NCBI GenBank assembly: GCA_028023455.1
Contig: JAQFVV010000002.1
Span: 11,222,001-11,286,000, forward strand
Reading direction: 5' to 3'
Length of the DNA: 64,000 nt
DNA from: Epiperipatus broadwayi
Lineage: Eukaryota > Animalia > Onychophora
Both the position numbers and the translations under genes were made by a program. This document shows, piece after piece, positions 63,301-64,000 of the stretch. The notes under the pieces are model-generated. The model ran no database searches and had not been told where the DNA came from. It saw only the letters and a program-made list of their open reading frames with translations. Position 1 is the first letter of the stretch, and the number at the start of each line of letters is the position of its first letter.

Positions 63301-64000
63301 TCATAAGAGACAAAAATAGGAACATAAATAGACTTAACTTGTCTACAGATATTATGATTATTAAAGTTTATATCAGTATGTTTAGATACTTTTTATATTC
63401 TATCAATAAAATATTAAATATATTTGCCAATAAAACGAAATTTCAGTAGGAAAATGCAATTATACATTTTTATCTGACTGTAGAATTTCTATCTAAGATT
63501 CTATTAACACAATTTCCATGCATTTTCACATTTATTTTATTTTTTTCAAACATTTTTATATAAAAATACTTTTTTTTTTCAAACCTTATAAGAGAACTCA
63601 CGTCATTTAATAAATACTTATATTCTTGGAAAAGGGCTTTGTCACTTCTATTTTTTAAATATTTTTTTTCTGTAAGTTATTTTGTTGTTGTATTTTTTAA
63701 AATTAATTAACAAATAATCTATGAAACATCATTTTCTTTTTTGTTTTGTTTTTTCTTTGATAGAATGTAATTGTATAAATGGAATAAATAGGGATGATTC
63801 TAATGAAATCAAATTAAATTCAAATTTATAAAGAAACTTGAATCAAATTAAATAAGAATTTCTTGAGAATGTTATGACTACATTGTCAGTTAAATGGTGC
63901 ACTATACAGTGACTAACCAGGGACCCTTGCTGTGGATAGCTTTTGGAAATGTCAGGAAAATTCTACTGAACATTCTCATCTAAAGTTCCAATTCATCAAT

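Overview
Eukaryotic (probably invertebrate animal) genomic DNA: very AT-rich, CpG-depleted and dominated by nested repeats. No prokaryotic features or CRISPR array. Host content is limited to probable 3' exons of a gene ending in a polybasic-CaaX prenylation motif (5777-5853, 16518-16830) and a CpG-retaining TATA/Inr region near 20.8 kb. Mobile DNA includes a 9 kb gag-protease-only Ty3/Gypsy-like LTR element with a triplicated LTR/PBS junction and a near-intact L1/Tx1 LINE (one in-frame TGA in ORF2) nested in a CR1-type LINE. There is also a second CR1-type LINE split by a 3.2 kb solo-LTR-like insert, an RTE fragment, a decayed L1 and two ~110 bp tRNA-like SINEs with 18-20 bp TSDs. The most striking signal is a set of non-coding ~370-470 nt monomers from at least three sequence families, each carrying a type I hammerhead ribozyme motif. 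They are inserted as tandem or head-to-head inverted copies, and in one case as circularly permuted monomers, which is the architecture of Penelope-dependent retrozymes (circRNA retroelements). All alignments, folds and coordinates were done by eye and may be off by a few nt; identities are visual estimates.
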